Positions 29,035-39,865 of a DNA stretch of 64,000 nucleotides are shown in pieces; position 1 is the stretch's first letter, and every line of letters begins with the position of its first letter. The stretch comes from Candidatus Omnitrophota bacterium (GTDB taxonomy: Bacteria; Omnitrophota; Gorgyraeia; Gygaellales; Profunditerraquicolaceae), in contig JBAZTA010000003.1 of the NCBI GenBank assembly GCA_041662125.1, positions 199,992 to 263,991 of the forward strand, given 5' to 3'. The notes beneath the pieces are model-generated. The model made no database searches and was not told where the DNA came from. It was given only the letters and a program-made list of their open reading frames with translations. A program made the position numbers and the translations under genes.

Positions 29035-30696
29035 TTACTGGCTACTTATTCTATTATACCTTTGCTCTTTCTTCTCTACCCACCAATCAATAAAATTATA
29101 TCCGATCCCCAGAGGAGCCGGCTTTATTCCCTTAAAACGAGCCTGAAGAATCGTCAAATTATCAGGAGCATACAGGAACATATACGGCTGATCATCATAA
29201 ATAAGCTGATGAATTTTATGGTAATAAACTTTTCTTTTCTCTTGGTCAAAAACACGGCGGGCCTCAACCAGGAGGTCATCAACCTGCGGGTTACGATACC
29301 CGACAAAGTTAAATTCGCCTTCCCTGGTTTTTGATGAATGAAAAATATCGAAATTATCGGGGTCGCGCGATAGAGACCAACCCAGAAGCACTGATTCAAA
29401 ATTCTTTTTATTGATAAATTCCGTTAAAAAAACACTCCATTCCACTACTTTTATTTTCACTTTTACACCGACACTTTCGAGCTGGCGTTGAATGATCTCC
29501 GCTACTTTGATGCGCTCGAGGTTGCCCTGGTTTGTAATTATAGTAAACTCGAAAATCTTGCCCTCTTTTTCAAGCCAACCATCCGCATTGTTGTCAACCC
29601 ATCCGGCGTCTTTGAGGAGTTCTCTTGCTTTCTTTTGGTCAAACGAATCTTCTATGACTAACGGGTTATATGCCCACGAACCAGGAATAAAAGGGCCGGT
29701 CAATGGCCTGCCTAATCCCAAAAGCACCATATCAATGACCTCTTTTTTATTAACAGCGTAATTGAGCGCCTGCCTGACGCGTTTATCGCTGAACTTAGGG
29801 TTTGACAAATTATATCCTAAATAGATGTAGCTAAAATTCGGCAAATTAAATTTCCGGTAGTGTTTTCTAAAAAACGGGGTGTCAGTCTGACGCAGGTATT
29901 GAAGCGGGGTAAGGCTCGAAGAATCAATACCTTGAGTTTGTAACTCAAGGAACGTTGTTGCCTCATCAGGAATGACACGGCTGATATACCGGTCGATATA
30001 AGGCCTTTTCTCAAAATACTCGCGATAAGAAACCAACTCGATTTTTTCTTGAGACTTCCATGATTTTATACAATACGGGCCAGTACCTACCGGATGACGG
30101 CTAAAAGGAGTATTACTAAAATCCTGATTTTCGAGTATATGGCGTGGCATGATCGGCATGCCCCAGCTCGACAAACCGGGGGCAAACGGTTCTTTATAGG
30201 TAACCTTGATAGTATAATCATCAATGACCGTAAAAGATTGAACACGTTCAAAATCACCGCTGTAGGGAGTCTTTATTCCGGGGTCGATAAGTTTCATATA
30301 CGTGAATTCGACGTCACGGGCAGTAAAAGGCCTGCCATCGTGCCAGGAGACGTTTTTCCTCAGGTGGAAAATGATCGTCAACCCTTCATTTTGTATCTCC
30401 CAGCTTTGAGCCAGGTCACCAACCAGGCTGACATCTTTATCGTATTTGACTAACCCGTTAAAGATCATGCTGCATATTTCAGATGATGCCGAATCAGATG
30501 CCAGGATCGGAATAAGGGTACGCGCGTCCGCGATCGAGCCGGAAACATAGGCATCCCCATAATCCTGCGCAGGAGCGCTTGCGTAAACAAAAAAGGCTAT
30601 CACTAATAATGATAGCCTTTCAATAAAAACCTTTAACCAAACGATATTTCCCTGCCGGTACGTATGATATGATTCTTGTTTTAAGCCAAGCGCCAT
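29035..30696 (-). CDS. ABC transporter substrate-binding protein, family 5 (peptide/nickel/opine type)
   Basis: 553 aa with a signal-like segment (LSLLVIAFFVYASAPA) and SBP family 5 architecture. It is the first gene of the five-gene transporter block. Confidence 0.85.
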   Translation of the reverse strand: MALGLKQESYHTYRQGNIVWLKVFIERLSLLVIAFFVYASAPAQDYGDAYVSGSIADARTLIPILASDSASSEICSMIFNGLVKYDKDVSLVGDLAQSWEIQNEGLTIIFHLRKNVSWHDGRPFTARDVEFTYMKLIDPGIKTPYSGDFERVQSFTVIDDYTIKVTYKEPFAPGLSSWGMPIMPRHILENQDFSNTPFSRHPVGTGPYCIKSWKSQEKIELVSYREYFEKRPYIDRYISRVIPDEATTFLELQTQGIDSSSLTPLQYLRQTDTPFFRKHYRKFNLPNFSYIYLGYNLSNPKFSDKRVRQALNYAVNKKEVIDMVLLGLGRPLTGPFIPGSWAYNPLVIEDSFDQKKARELLKDAGWVDNNADGWLEKEGKIFEFTIITNQGNLERIKVAEIIQRQLESVGVKVKIKVVEWSVFLTEFINKKNFESVLLGWSLSRDPDNFDIFHSSKTREGEFNFVGYRNPQVDDLLVEARRVFDQEKRKVYYHKIHQLIYDDQPYMFLYAPDNLTILQARFKGIKPAPLGIGYNFIDWWVEKKEQRYNRISSQ

Positions 30697-30705
30697 CTCC
30701 CGTAA

Positions 30706-31125
30706 TTACTCTTTGGCCTTCTGCGTTTCTTGTTTCACTTGATCAACTACCGCTGGCGTTACAGGAAGTGTTTCTTGAGTAGCTGTTGTTTGCGAAGTCG
30801 CCTCCGGCACCTTTGGTTTCCCTGGAACAAGAGGACTTTCCACAGGAGCAGCCGCTTTAACCGCAGCAGGTTTTGTTTTAGCATTCTGCAGTAATGATTT
30901 ACTTTGTTTTACCGATAATAACGCCAGGCTCAAGCAGGTAAGAAAGAATATAACAGATAAAACGGTAGTCGACCTGGTCAAAAATGAATTAGTCTTGGTT
31001 CCCAACATCGACTCAATACCTGAAAAACTCTCGACCAACCCTCCGCCTTTTCCCCGTTGGATCAGAACCAGGACGATTAAAGCTATACAGACAAACACAT
31101 GTATCACAACAATAAATCCCATCAT
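30706..31125 (-). CDS. secG: preprotein translocase subunit SecG with extended Pro/Ala-rich C-terminus
   Basis: N-terminal half (VLVLIQRGKGGG ... two TM segments) matches SecG. About 60 extra C-terminal residues are rich in P, A, V, T and Q. Confidence 0.85.
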   Translation of the reverse strand: MMGFIVVIHVFVCIALIVLVLIQRGKGGGLVESFSGIESMLGTKTNSFLTRSTTVLSVIFFLTCLSLALLSVKQSKSLLQNAKTKPAAVKAAAPVESPLVPGKPKVPEATSQTTATQETLPVTPAVVDQVKQETQKAKE

Positions 31126-31895
31126 TTTTTCACCTTTTGTGCCCGTTTCACTAATTCACTGAACAATTCAACCGTGAGGCTTGCCCCTCCTACCAAAGCC
31201 CCGTCAACATCAGGCTGATTCATTAATTCAGTAATGTTATCCGGTTTTACACTCCCCCCATATTGTATCCGCACGCTCACCGCTGTATCTCGATCAAACA
31301 TTTTTACCAGTAAACCTCTAATATATTCCTGGACTTCCTGCGCCTGTTTGGGCGTGGCAGTTTTTCCTGTGCCAATAGCCCAAACCGGTTCGTACGCAAT
31401 AACGGTACTTGCCATATCTTCTTTGGTAATATCTTTTAATCCGTTTTGCACATGGTTATTAAGCACATCAAACGTTTTTCCCTGCTCCCGTTCCTGCAGG
31501 CTTTCCCCAACGCAGACAATCGGTATAAGCCCGTTCTTTAAAACGGCTTTTAGCTTTTTATTGACCGTTTCATTGCTTTCCCCAAAAAACTGCCTTCGTT
31601 CAGAATGCCCGATGATTACAAATTTTGCCCCGGCATCTTTAAGCATTTTGCAGGAAACTTCTCCCGTAAAAGCGCCTTCCTCCTGCCAAAACACATCTTG
31701 CGCCCCTGAACTGATATTCGAATTCTGCGTGACTTCGGCGACTTCACTGAGCGCAGTAAACGGCGGGCAAAGGACAATATCAATCGTTTGGCCGTCTAAT
31801 TCAAAAAGCTCACGTTTAACTCCATTAGCCAACTCTATGGCTTCAGGGATCGTTTTATACATTTTCCAATTACCGGCAATAATGGTCTTGCGCAT
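31122..31895 (-). CDS. tpiA: triosephosphate isomerase
   Basis: IAGNWKMY, catalytic His/Glu blocks (IIGHSERR, AYEPVWAIGTG), 257 aa. Confidence 0.97.
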   Translation of the reverse strand: MRKTIIAGNWKMYKTIPEAIELANGVKRELFELDGQTIDIVLCPPFTALSEVAEVTQNSNISSGAQDVFWQEEGAFTGEVSCKMLKDAGAKFVIIGHSERRQFFGESNETVNKKLKAVLKNGLIPIVCVGESLQEREQGKTFDVLNNHVQNGLKDITKEDMASTVIAYEPVWAIGTGKTATPKQAQEVQEYIRGLLVKMFDRDTAVSVRIQYGGSVKPDNITELMNQPDVDGALVGGASLTVELFSELVKRAQKVKK

Positions 31896-31998
31896 AGGTT
31901 AGTACCTCGGAGAAATAAATTTTTAATAAGAAAATTAAGTATACCCTGAAAATGACTCTCTGTCAAATAAAACAAACGCCTCGCTGGACTTAAAAATA

Positions 31999-32274
31999 TC
32001 ACTCAAAAACGCCAAAACCCTTCAGTTTTTGCCTTAAAGCATCAATTTTTTCTTCTTTTTCCTTTATGTTGTTATCTTTATCATTCAGAGTTTTCTGCAA
32101 CGCGATGATTTCCGCTTCTTTCTTCAAAATATCCGCATCTTTTTTGGCGCTGATCTCAGAAAGTTCTAAAAGCTGCGCATTTAAATCTTGATGTGCGTCT
32201 TTTTTAATTATGGTAGAACATCCTATGCTTGCGGCAAGCATACCTATAATCAAGATCACAAACTTGGTTTTCAT
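31999..32274 (-). CDS. coiled-coil lipoprotein (Lpp-like), hypothetical
   Basis: ORF 31999..32319; preferred start is MKTKF at 32274. Lipoprotein signal with lipobox (LAASIGCS), then an about 70-aa heptad-rich K/E segment. Confidence 0.5.
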   Translation of the reverse strand: MKTKFVILIIGMLAASIGCSTIIKKDAHQDLNAQLLELSEISAKKDADILKKEAEIIALQKTLNDKDNNIKEKEEKIDALRQKLKGFGVFE

Positions 32275-32278
32275 CTGT

Positions 32279-32503
32279 TTATTTCTTATCTCGAAACCAA
32301 TACATGAGTAAACTACCAATAATGAGAATAATCAAAATATGGGAACCGACCAAACTCCAATTGACTAAAGGCGCCAGGAAAGCCTTATCCTGGCGTAAAA
32401 TAAGCAACCCATTCTGCCAGGTCGTGATTTTAGGGGTGAAGAGCAAAACCAATGAAATGCCCCCTCCCATAACGCAAGAAATTAAAAACTGAATTTTATT
32501 CAT
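32279..32503 (-). CDS. small two-TM membrane protein (hypothetical)
   Basis: 74 aa with two hydrophobic segments, between pgk and the lipoprotein gene. No recognisable family. Confidence 0.35.
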   Translation of the reverse strand: MNKIQFLISCVMGGGISLVLLFTPKITTWQNGLLILRQDKAFLAPLVNWSLVGSHILIILIIGSLLMYWFRDKK

Positions 32504-32518
32504 ACATCCTTTATATGG

Positions 32519-33700
32519 TTACTTGTCAGTTAATGCGGCAAGGCCAGGAAGCATTTTTCCTTCAAGAAATTCAAGGCTGGCTCCGCCACCGGTTGAAATA
32601 TGCGTCATTTTATCCTGCAACTTAAATTTAGCCACTGCCGCTGCAGTATCGCCTCCGCCGATAATACTGGTTGTTTTAAGCGTTGCGATAAACTCAGCAA
32701 TAGCTTGCGTGCCTTTACTAAACGCATCCATTTCAAAAATACCTAAAGGCCCGTTCCAGACAATGGTTTGAGCGGATCTCAATTTATTCTTAAACAACTC
32801 AATTGTCTGCGGCCCCACATCAACAGCGATTTTGCCATCAGGGATAGATTCACCTGATAATGCAGTTTTTGCGTTAGGATCAACAACATCTACCACAATA
32901 TGGTCAACAGGCAATACTATTTCTTTCTTCATTGATACAGCCTTCTCAAGAAGGGCTTTGGCTAAATCTATTTTATCTTTTTCAAGCTTTGAATTGCCGA
33001 TTGTTTTGCCTTGCGCCTTTAAGAACGTATACGCCATACCGCCTCCGATCAATATTGTATCGCATTTAGGAAGCAAGTTCTCAATAACGCCGATTTTATC
33101 CGAAACTTTCGCTCCGCCTAAAATAACGACAAAAGGTTTTTTCGGATTTTGGATCGCATTGCCCAAATAAATAATTTCTTTTTCCAAAAGTAAACCGGCA
33201 GCAGATTCCAGGTATTTTGTTACCCCCGCTGTTGAGGCGTGGGCGCGGTGAGCAGTGCCAAAAGCATCATTTACAAAAACATCTCCCAAAGAAGCAAGAT
33301 CTTTGGCAAACTGTGGATCGTTTGCTTCTTCTTCGCTGTGAAAACGAAGGTTTTCCAAAAGGATTATTTTTTCTTTACCGTCAGCAACTTCTTTTTTAAC
33401 TTGCTCACCAACACAATCATCAAGCATTTTTACCGCCACACCTGTTAATTGAGTCAATTTCTCGGCAATCGGCTTAAGGCTGTACTTATCGACGCGTTTT
33501 CCATCCGGCCTGCCTAAATGGCTCATTAAAACAAGCTTTTTAGCTTCTTGCTCAAGAATATATTTAATAGTAGGTATTGTTTCCCTGATACGAGTATCAT
33601 CAGTGATTGCTAAATTAACATCTAAGGGGACATTAAAATCAGCGCGCATTAAAACCGTTTTCTGTTTTAAGTTTAAATCCTTTACTGTTTTCTTGGCCAT
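32519..33700 (-). CDS. pgk: phosphoglycerate kinase
   Basis: N-terminus VLMRADFNVPLD, with RPDGK and GGGDTAAAV blocks. 393 aa with an AAGGAG RBS. Confidence 0.97.
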   Translation of the reverse strand: MAKKTVKDLNLKQKTVLMRADFNVPLDVNLAITDDTRIRETIPTIKYILEQEAKKLVLMSHLGRPDGKRVDKYSLKPIAEKLTQLTGVAVKMLDDCVGEQVKKEVADGKEKIILLENLRFHSEEEANDPQFAKDLASLGDVFVNDAFGTAHRAHASTAGVTKYLESAAGLLLEKEIIYLGNAIQNPKKPFVVILGGAKVSDKIGVIENLLPKCDTILIGGGMAYTFLKAQGKTIGNSKLEKDKIDLAKALLEKAVSMKKEIVLPVDHIVVDVVDPNAKTALSGESIPDGKIAVDVGPQTIELFKNKLRSAQTIVWNGPLGIFEMDAFSKGTQAIAEFIATLKTTSIIGGGDTAAAVAKFKLQDKMTHISTGGGASLEFLEGKMLPGLAALTDK

Positions 33701-33797
33701 TCGTTGCTCCTTTTTTAGAATTATTATTCAGCAACTTCTCGAAAGATAAAGTATTGCAGATAAAGCCTATAAAAAACGCGTAAAATTCATGGATGCT

Positions 33798-33826
33798 AAT
33801 ATAATATAAATTGATACACTTGTCAA
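33798..33826 (-). promoter_or_regulatory. candidate sigma70-type promoter of pgk-tpiA-secG
   Basis: On the minus strand, TTGACA (33826-33821), a 17-nt spacer, then TATATT (33803-33798), about 90 nt upstream of the pgk ATG. Confidence 0.4.
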
Positions 33827-33870
33827 ATGTAATAATCGATTGAACACCAATAACCTCTCCCCTTCTGAAA

Positions 33871-36183
33871 CTATTTTCTTTTCCTTGTAACAAAAAGAAA
33901 AAGCAGGCTGCTCAATTTTAATACTGCCAGAACGATACAGCTCTTAACTATCCCCAAAATAGGCAAGAAAAAAATACCACCCAGTAAACCTGCTCCCCAG
34001 CCTCCCAGCAAATCTACAAAATAAAGCGAACTTGCTGCCATGCCGGCATGTTCCACAGACGTAAAGTTTAACCTGCAGGCAAGGGGGAACTCCGCCCCAA
34101 TAAGTATCCCTAAAATCAAAAAAAGGAATAAAAAGGCCGCAGAGGCAGCCTCTCGTTGCATGAAAGTCCCTGGTAAGATAACGGACAGGCAAACAGATAA
34201 GATAAGAGCGAAAAGCTCAAAAAAACATAAAAGCTTGAACGGCTTCTCAATTTTATTGATCCGCAAAGCCATCAAAAAACTTCCTAACCCGGCGCCAGCC
34301 ATAAAAACTGCCACTAAGATTCCAATCCATTGATATATAAAACCATAATACACCTGGAACGCAAAGATCAAGATAAGGTTTAAAAGCATGCCTAAAAAAC
34401 CGGTTGAAGCGATACTATAGATGATCGCGGCATCGCGCAGTTTTTCCGGACTTTTACGAAGAAAAAATAGGACAAAAAACACCCCTAAAAAAATAGCCGC
34501 CACAACCATAGGCAGCTTAAATGCTTTGAGTAAACGAAATAACCTCACCAGCCCGGGTGAAAATTGTTTATTCCAAAAAACTTGCATATAATATAACGCA
34601 ACCGGAACCATATCCTGGTTTGTACCGGCTGCATAGTTACGCAAAGAATTTATGAATTTAAGCTCTGCCTCTGAATCAAGCCGATATCGAAGGTAAGGTA
34701 ACGAAATCACTGAAGCCGATATCCGGCGCGCTTCAAAACGACGCATGAGATCATCAGCGCTCAGCTTTAATATACTGGTATCAGCTGAAGCGCAGTAGAG
34801 CATAAGATCTCCCGGGATCACCCGCACGCAGGGGAAAACGCTTTTAAGCCCCTGATAAATACACGCATTCAAATCACGAAGCTCTCGACTGATATACGTC
34901 TGTGAACCGGGCAAACGAAAAGCAATGATCGATCCCGGTTTTGCTATTCTTCTAAGCGAATTAAAGAATTCAAGAGTAAAAAAACGGTTCAAGGTTAAAT
35001 CAGCCGGTTGAGAAACACCGATCAAGACCACATCATACCCGGTATTGGCCGTGCGCACAAAAAAAGCTCCGTCAACAGGAGCTATATGCACTCGCTGATC
35101 AGATAATTCCTGAGAAGTCAAAACCGTTGGATACTTTTTCAGCATACCTATAACAGACGGGTCTAACTCAATATAATCGATCCGTTGAGGATTGTGTTTG
35201 AGCATCTCACGAATAAAGCCTCCCGCTGCAGCGTTAATTACCAGAATATTTTCCGGATGCTCATGCAGGAGTAATGGAAAATGCGCGAATTCTTCAAGAG
35301 ACGCGATATCAGGAAACGGTGTTACCACCGCGGGAATCCCGTTATAAAAAATAGTTTGTTGCCCCTTTTGCCTGGTTACCATGATATTTCCGTAAACAGA
35401 ATTCTTGTATTCCTGTATTTCAACACCCCTCCATTGTATGCCCAGTGATGCTGTGTGCATGAAATCAGCAGGGACAGCCAAAAAGAGCATAATCAACCCT
35501 ATTGAACATCCCCTAACATACCCTTTAGCTTTGCCCTGCAGGAAGAAACCGCTGAGGATAACAACAGCAACAGCGTGAGCTAAAGCAATAACAGAGGCTG
35601 TCTGAAAAGAATTCCACCGTCCCATGAAAAAGAAACTTAAAAGCATGCCTCCCACAAGTGTGCCTATAGTTTCCATCGAGTATACCATCGAAATACCACG
35701 TGCTGGAGAAACCCGTGATTGCGTGTTTAGTTTTAACGCGCAGCTGAATAATCCGCCGTGACAAAAGCTCAAAACAGCATTAATTATCAATGTTGCCAAA
35801 AAGACGGTAAGAAATCCTGCTGCTTCTCCGACAGGGATACCGATGAGCATTTTAATCACCCGGGAGAAAAAAATTGAGACAGGGAATGCTGCGGCAAAAA
35901 CAAGCAAGTAAATACTATATACCAGTATCGCGTTTTTCACCCGCGAGACGATTCGAGCGCTAAAATAAACACCGAGAGATTCGCACAAAACCCAATTCCC
36001 CAAAATGACGCCAATAACAAGTTCATTTCCGAAAAAAACTATCAAAAACTCACGCAATAAGATTATCTGCGCAACAATACCGCTTAATCCAAAAAGGATA
36101 ATTGTACCCGCTAAAACAATAGCCATTGAGTACCTTAAAGATTTATTCAGCGCCACCCGGCGCAGATTTGTATTGCGCCGCAC
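33871..36183 (-). CDS. fused polytopic membrane domain / spermidine synthase-like protein
   Basis: 770 aa. N-terminal 8-10 TM segments; a central soluble domain with the aminopropyltransferase-like fold (ENILVINAAAGGFIREMLKH ... YDVVLIGVSQPADL ... LEFFNSLRRIAKPGSIIA); C-terminal TM bundle. The annotated N-terminus overlaps a GC-rich hairpin module, so the true start may be Met20 (36126). Confidence 0.6.
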   Translation of the reverse strand: MRRNTNLRRVALNKSLRYSMAIVLAGTIILFGLSGIVAQIILLREFLIVFFGNELVIGVILGNWVLCESLGVYFSARIVSRVKNAILVYSIYLLVFAAAFPVSIFFSRVIKMLIGIPVGEAAGFLTVFLATLIINAVLSFCHGGLFSCALKLNTQSRVSPARGISMVYSMETIGTLVGGMLLSFFFMGRWNSFQTASVIALAHAVAVVILSGFFLQGKAKGYVRGCSIGLIMLFLAVPADFMHTASLGIQWRGVEIQEYKNSVYGNIMVTRQKGQQTIFYNGIPAVVTPFPDIASLEEFAHFPLLLHEHPENILVINAAAGGFIREMLKHNPQRIDYIELDPSVIGMLKKYPTVLTSQELSDQRVHIAPVDGAFFVRTANTGYDVVLIGVSQPADLTLNRFFTLEFFNSLRRIAKPGSIIAFRLPGSQTYISRELRDLNACIYQGLKSVFPCVRVIPGDLMLYCASADTSILKLSADDLMRRFEARRISASVISLPYLRYRLDSEAELKFINSLRNYAAGTNQDMVPVALYYMQVFWNKQFSPGLVRLFRLLKAFKLPMVVAAIFLGVFFVLFFLRKSPEKLRDAAIIYSIASTGFLGMLLNLILIFAFQVYYGFIYQWIGILVAVFMAGAGLGSFLMALRINKIEKPFKLLCFFELFALILSVCLSVILPGTFMQREAASAAFLFLFLILGILIGAEFPLACRLNFTSVEHAGMAASSLYFVDLLGGWGAGLLGGIFFLPILGIVKSCIVLAVLKLSSLLFLFVTRKRK

Positions 36184-36240
36184 CTTGCTTTATTGGAAAA
36201 GCAAGTGCGCACTTCCTGTGCAGGTATGCGGCTTTCTGCC
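36167..36240 (-). repeat. GC-rich hairpin module related to the one at 38594..38640
   Basis: Shares CACCCGGCGC-N11-TTGCGCC and GGTATGCGGCTTTCTGCC with 38594..38640. In between it carries an extra hairpin CTTGCTTT-ATTGGA-AAAGCAAG. Confidence 0.5.
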
Positions 36241-36290
36241 CAGAAAGGGCGCACCCAGCATACCTATGAGCTGGGGTGCTGCCGCAAAAT

Positions 36291-36325
36291 AAAAAGGGCG
36301 GAGATATTCCTCCGCCCTTTTTGTA
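36291..36325 (-). terminator. rho-independent (bidirectional-looking) terminator downstream of gap
   Basis: GGGCGGAG / CTCCGCCC 8-bp stem, 6-nt loop, flanked by an A-run on one side and a T-run on the other. On the minus strand it gives hairpin + UUUUUAUUUU. Confidence 0.6.
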
Positions 36326-36346
36326 TTATTTTTCGTGGACTGCCTC

Positions 36347-38462
<2,116 letters not shown>

Positions 38463-38489
38463 TGAGCACCTTTAAGCTTTATTTAGCGA

Positions 38490-38558
38490 AACCCCACCGA
38501 GTGCACGAAAGAAATTTCGAAGAAATTTCTCGTGCGCTTACGAGGTGCGGGTTACTTG
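38490..38558 (-). repeat. structured intergenic repeat, copy 1 (conserved flanks plus variable hairpin)
   Basis: AAACCCCACCGAGTG ... CGCTTACGAGGTGCGGGTTACTT with a central 14-bp hairpin GCACGA-AA-GAAATTTC-GAA-GAAATTTC-TCGTGC. Confidence 0.6.
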
Positions 38559-38593
38559 CAGCCTAATTCATTCACCTTTATTTTTATCTAGCG

Positions 38594-38640
38594 TCACCCG
38601 GCGCTAATCGGAATTGCGCCGGTATGCGGCTTTCTGCCGC
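38594..38640 (-). repeat. GC-rich double-hairpin module between the two repeat copies
   Basis: CACCCGGCGC-TAATCGGAAT-TGCGCC followed by GGTATGCGGCTTTCTGCCGC. The same motifs recur at 36167..36240. Confidence 0.5.
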
Positions 38641-38711
38641 AAACCCCACCGAGTGTGCACATAAAATTTCCTGCGGAAATTTTATGCACGCTTACGAGGT
38701 GTGGGTTACTT
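38641..38711 (-). repeat. structured intergenic repeat, copy 2
   Basis: Same flanks as copy 1 (AAACCCCACCGAGTG ... CGCTTACGAGGTGTGGGTTACTT). The central hairpin has a different sequence but is still self-complementary (GTGC-ac-ATAAAATTTCC-TGC-GGAAATTTTAT-GCAC). Confidence 0.6.
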
Positions 38712-38733
38712 ATACTCTTACACCCCGCGCTTA

Positions 38734-39762
38734 CTAACCAACATTTACTTCCCGTAAAAACTTTGCAGCCGTTTCAGGAGGCATGGGGCAGATATAAAAA
38801 CCCGTCCCCCATTCAAATCCCGCCACCTTAGTCAAAGAAGGCATAATTTCGATATGCCAGTGATAATCATCTTCAATACTTCTCCAATACGCCCCTTTTT
38901 GCCGTTTAAAAGGAGCGGTATGTACAACATAGTTAAACGCCGGGTCATTTAATCCTTTTTTCAGTTTCGAGAGGACCGCCTTCATGATTTTCGCCAGGTT
39001 AGCACGGCTGGGCATATCAAGATTTACAAAATCACAAGAGTGTTTTTTAGGAAGTATCCACACCTCAAAAGGAAACCGTGACGCGAAGGGCGTGATCGCG
39101 ATAAAACCGTCAACATCCATGATAAGGCGTTCTTTTGAATCAAGTTCCTGTTTAATTAAATCACAAAAAATACAGCGTTCATGAAGCTCATAATAATGGC
39201 GGGCGCCGACAAGTTCTTCTTTGACGCGTTTCGGATTAACCGGAGTAGCTATCAATTGTGATCGGGAATGTCTTACACTGCCGCCTCCCGCGATCCAACC
39301 ATAGTTCTTAAAAATCAAGGCGTATTTAAAACGTTTATCTTTTTCCAGGTCAACGATCCTGTCGACATAACAGGTAATTATTTTAGTGATCTGTTCTACG
39401 CTTAAGTCAGCCATACCGGCAATATGCTCGTTAGTCTCAATGATGATCTCATGAGCGCCGATACCATTCATCACATCATACAAGCCTTTGCCGCGACGGT
39501 CCAATTCCCCTTCAATACGTAAAAACGGCGTAACACTGGGAATTACCCGCAAATCCCATCCCGGAGAATTGGGGACTGACATCTTTTGACGAACCGAATA
39601 AATTTCAGGTGACGTCTGAGCTTCTTTGCCTTCACAAAAAGGACAAGGTTTCTCCGGCCGGTTTTCAGTTTGCGCTCCGGCAAACTGATCGGGCCTGCGT
39701 GCCCGTTCTGTAGCGATAATAACCCAGCGTCCAATAACAGGATCTTTTCGTAATTCTGGCAT
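38734..39762 (-). CDS. galactose-1-phosphate uridylyltransferase family paralog with the nucleophile His replaced (HSR instead of HPH)
   Basis: 342 aa, alignable end-to-end with the 37440..38462 product ([34 protein letters not shown]). Active-site motif reads VRHSRSQ, with H165 kept and the second His replaced by Arg167 (codon CGA at 39262-39264). Confidence 0.75.
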   Translation of the reverse strand: MPELRKDPVIGRWVIIATERARRPDQFAGAQTENRPEKPCPFCEGKEAQTSPEIYSVRQKMSVPNSPGWDLRVIPSVTPFLRIEGELDRRGKGLYDVMNGIGAHEIIIETNEHIAGMADLSVEQITKIITCYVDRIVDLEKDKRFKYALIFKNYGWIAGGGSVRHSRSQLIATPVNPKRVKEELVGARHYYELHERCIFCDLIKQELDSKERLIMDVDGFIAITPFASRFPFEVWILPKKHSCDFVNLDMPSRANLAKIMKAVLSKLKKGLNDPAFNYVVHTAPFKRQKGAYWRSIEDDYHWHIEIMPSLTKVAGFEWGTGFYICPMPPETAAKFLREVNVG

Positions 39763-39865
39763 GATATTTTGTTTGATTAACCGCTGATTATATGTATTTC
39801 TAACAGGAGTATGGTGTTGAAAAATAGATGCTTATGTATTATATCAAAATTTAATTGGCGTGCAA

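Noticed and set aside
31234-31902. 222-aa plus-strand ORF
   Set aside because: Antisense to tpiA (canonical motifs). No RBS and no domain signal, so it is a shadow ORF.
33639-33893. 84-aa minus-strand ORF spanning the pgk start and its upstream region
   Set aside because: It overlaps the pgk N-terminus and the predicted pgk promoter. It has no RBS and a low-complexity product.
38463-38733. Possible CRISPR array between the GalT genes
   Set aside because: There are only two repeat copies. They are about 70 nt long, imperfect and with a variable centre, and there are no cas genes. A structured RNA or regulatory repeat fits better.
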